Shown here in pieces: positions 61,591 to 64,000 of a stretch of DNA of 64,000 nt. The stretch lies in contig JAUPSS010000004.1 in assembly GCA_040285825.1 (NCBI GenBank), positions 496,001-560,000 on the forward strand, written 5' to 3'. Every line of letters begins with the position of its first letter. Positions within the stretch are counted from its first letter, which is position 1. The notes under the pieces are model-generated. The model was given only the letters and a program-made list of their open reading frames with translations, did not search any database and had not been told where the DNA came from. Source of the stretch: Eukaryota sp. TZLM1-RC. Lineage: Eukaryota > Protista > Metamonada: BaSk clade. Both the position numbers and the translations under genes were made by a program.

Positions 61591-61594
61591 GCAT

Positions 61595-61730
61595 TTCAAG
61601 AGAATGAAATGATGGATCCATTATCATCTTGTCGTAATAATACAATAATGTCTGCGTTTAATCGTGCAAAAGGACGCTCAGCCCAAAGAGAGCCAGATGA
61701 TTCAATGACATTTCTTGAATGCGGCATATC
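61595..61730 (-). mobile_element. Gypsy integrase fragment
   Basis: SSGSLWAERPFARLNADII matches TTGSLWADRPFARVNVDVI. Confidence 0.7.
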
Positions 61731-61749
61731 ATTAAGCAGTAGTAATCAA

Positions 61750-62550
61750 AAGTAAATGTCATGTTTATCAGCTTAACATAAGAATATGATATTATTGGAA
61801 ATTGTAGATTTTGATAATTTTTTTGATAATTGAGCTTCTGTTTGTTCCACTGTGATTCCATTTTGTAAATTGTCCTTATTCTTTTTTAATTTTCTGATAT
61901 TTTGGTGATCTTTTGATGTCCTTGACCACTCCAATCTATTATTGTCAGTCGCTCATATCGTTTATCTCTATTGAGTTGGTCTTTTACATTACGTTTGAAT
62001 CTGTTTTAACTACAACAATAGAGTAAATCACTTTTACCAGGGTCAATATGTGCTTTGTGTTTGATGATATAATTTCAACATCCAAATCATCCAAATAGTT
62101 CTCAGTGGTTGCAAACTTTGCACTATCAGACTTGAAGGACATGCCAATACAATCCTCTCTTGCTAGCTCAATACAGGCTGCAGAACCATTAGTTTTTATG
62201 GTGTTGCTGAATTTATATCCTTTTTTAGTAGATGATCTAATAAATTCAAAAAAAAGTGACCAAAATATATTTTGTTCTTCTGGATTCATATGCTAAATGT
62301 CAGCTATCGAATTACACTCCGAATTATTTTTCTTGTCATTAGTTTCATCATTTCTAGAACAAGAACACAAAATACCCCATAGTCCTTGGCTATCAACTTC
62401 AACAAATCCAAGAATTTCCTTTCGAACAATTGTTACGGCATTAAATTTATTCCCCTCGTTTTCTTCTGTAAAATTATATATTTTTACAGCTGATTTGATA
62501 AAAGATTGGGGATGTTTTGCACAGTGGAAAGTAATGATTTAACTCTAAAA
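61750..62550 (-). pseudogene. Second Fanzor1 remnant (central region to RuvC-I)
   Basis: FWSLFF...KKGYKFSNTIKTNG...ENYLDDL, then a frameshift to HIDPGKSDLLY. Confidence 0.75.
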
Positions 62551-62740
62551 GCCTTCTGCTCATTTTTGAATTTGTGGGTAGTGGGGGTGGTGGTACTGGG
62601 GGTAGTGGTGGTGGGGTTAGCGGAAATAGTGGTGGTGTAACAACACTGGAAGAAAGATGAACATGATAAGGGATTCACGAAGCATTGGAAAAGCGGGAAT
62701 TTAAAGAAATACTCATTTTCCTACTAAACGTTTTTAGACG

Positions 62741-63430
62741 ATGCAATCTTCCTATGAATCCAATCCTGTCAGCTACGAAGATCCCAAGGGTGGCCAATAT
62801 GTAGATGAAGAAGTCCAACTCAGACTTGGCTTCATCCGCAAGGTCTACCTCATTCTCGGTGCTCAACTGCTTCTCACTGCATTTGTTGTCCAACTCATCC
62901 AAGCAGCCGGCGTGGAATGGGCACAAGAGAATGGCGGCCTTTTGATGGTCTCTATCATCGCCTCATTCGTTTGTATCTTTGCTCTATATTGTGTCAAGAA
63001 CAACTATCCCATCAACCTCATTGTTTTGGGTGTGTTTACTCTTTGTGAGTCCTTCCTCGTTGGGTTTATCACCCTTTTCTATGACCAAGCCGTTGTTAGC
63101 CAAGCTGTATGGACCACCGCTCTCATTTTTGTTGGTTTGACCATCTATGCCTTCACTACCAAGACTGATTTCACCACCATGCACGGTGTTGCCTTCTCCC
63201 TTTTGTTGGCACTCGTCATCATTTCCATCTTTGGTATGTTTAGTGACTCTGAATTTTTGCACCTCGCAATTGCCTGGTTTGGTGTTTGCTTGTTTTCACT
63301 TTACATCATTATTGATACCCAAATCATTATGAAGGATTTGTCTCTTGATGACTATGTTCTTGGTGCTATCATGTTGTATTTGGACATTATCAATTTGTTC
63401 TTATACCTTTTAAAATTGTTTTCCAGATAA
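62741..63430 (+). CDS. Bax inhibitor-1/LFG (TMBIM) family membrane protein
   Basis: RLGFIRKVYLIL, PINL, DFT, YIIIDTQ, LYLDIINLF. Confidence 0.92.
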   Translation: MQSSYESNPVSYEDPKGGQYVDEEVQLRLGFIRKVYLILGAQLLLTAFVVQLIQAAGVEWAQENGGLLMVSIIASFVCIFALYCVKNNYPINLIVLGVFTLCESFLVGFITLFYDQAVVSQAVWTTALIFVGLTIYAFTTKTDFTTMHGVAFSLLLALVIISIFGMFSDSEFLHLAIAWFGVCLFSLYIIIDTQIIMKDLSLDDYVLGAIMLYLDIINLFLYLLKLFSR

Positions 63431-63791
63431 GTTTGATGTATATAAACAATAAATTGTTTTTTAAATGTTTTATTTTTAAAAGCACATTCAATTGAGTTTT
63501 GAGGATGGTAACCAATAGAATTGGCATCACTGAAGATCAGTCAATGGATTTTGAATGTATGAACAGTAGAAGGAGCATGTCATATGTCTATTAGAAGAAG
63601 ATATCAGCGTGGGCAAAACATAATGGAAGAAACAACATGCTATTAGTGAAATAGAGAATCAATGATAGTGTGAGAAAGTCACAAATTCCAACAATCTTTA
63701 ATACTAAATCAAAAAGTGATTGATGGTTGACTGATTTGTTGATAAAAAAGAAAAGACGAAACAATCCGACTATTTGTTTTGATTAACCTCA

Positions 63792-64000
63792 ATGGCTAAC
63801 GTTTCTCAACTCCTTGAGGATATTAAGCGTGCATCGTTCAGTGATGACAAAGTAAAAGTTTTAACATCTTGGCTATCCGGAGGTAATGCTTGTTTCATGA
63901 GTTCTTCTGATGTTTCCCAGCTGATCAAATGTTTCTCTTTCTCTGATGACAAGGTAAGATCTTAGTTTGCTGACCTTAGATGACAGCCATCAAAAACCTG
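63792..64000 (+). CDS. DUF4476-like protein, 5' part; 26-nt intron at 63954-63979
   Basis: SFSDDK...VSQLIKCFSFSDDK repeat; intron GTAAGA...GCTGACCTTAG. Confidence 0.6.

Overview
AT-rich eukaryotic (protist-like) genomic DNA in the standard genetic code, with very short spliceosomal introns (26-39 nt) and dense transposable-element debris. A metamonad-type anaerobe is a guess. Host genes: PH/ubiquitin-like protein, a family of secreted 4-Cys-repeat peptides, an eIF4E-binding/MA3-like protein, THOC5-like, syntaxin-like, presenilin, a membrane-anchored CDCA/zeta-type carbonic anhydrase-like protein, PRP3, a TKL kinase-coiled-coil-LRR protein with many fragments, a Bax-inhibitor/LFG protein and a DUF4476-like gene start. 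Mobile DNA: three Ty3/Gypsy elements with very short LTRs (one full length, identical LTRs, nested in a non-LTR element), many CRE-like RLE non-LTR fragments, hAT, MULE and Tc1 remnants, two ~2-kb cargo elements with paired 28-nt inverted repeats, and two Fanzor (eukaryotic TnpB) remnants. The main observation: the last 67 nt of a Fanzor locus, overlapping its stop codon where the omega-RNA is expected, abut the ATG of the THOC5-like gene. A 63/67-identical stand-alone copy abuts the ATG of PRP3. All calls come from reading and manual alignment, and no database searches were run.
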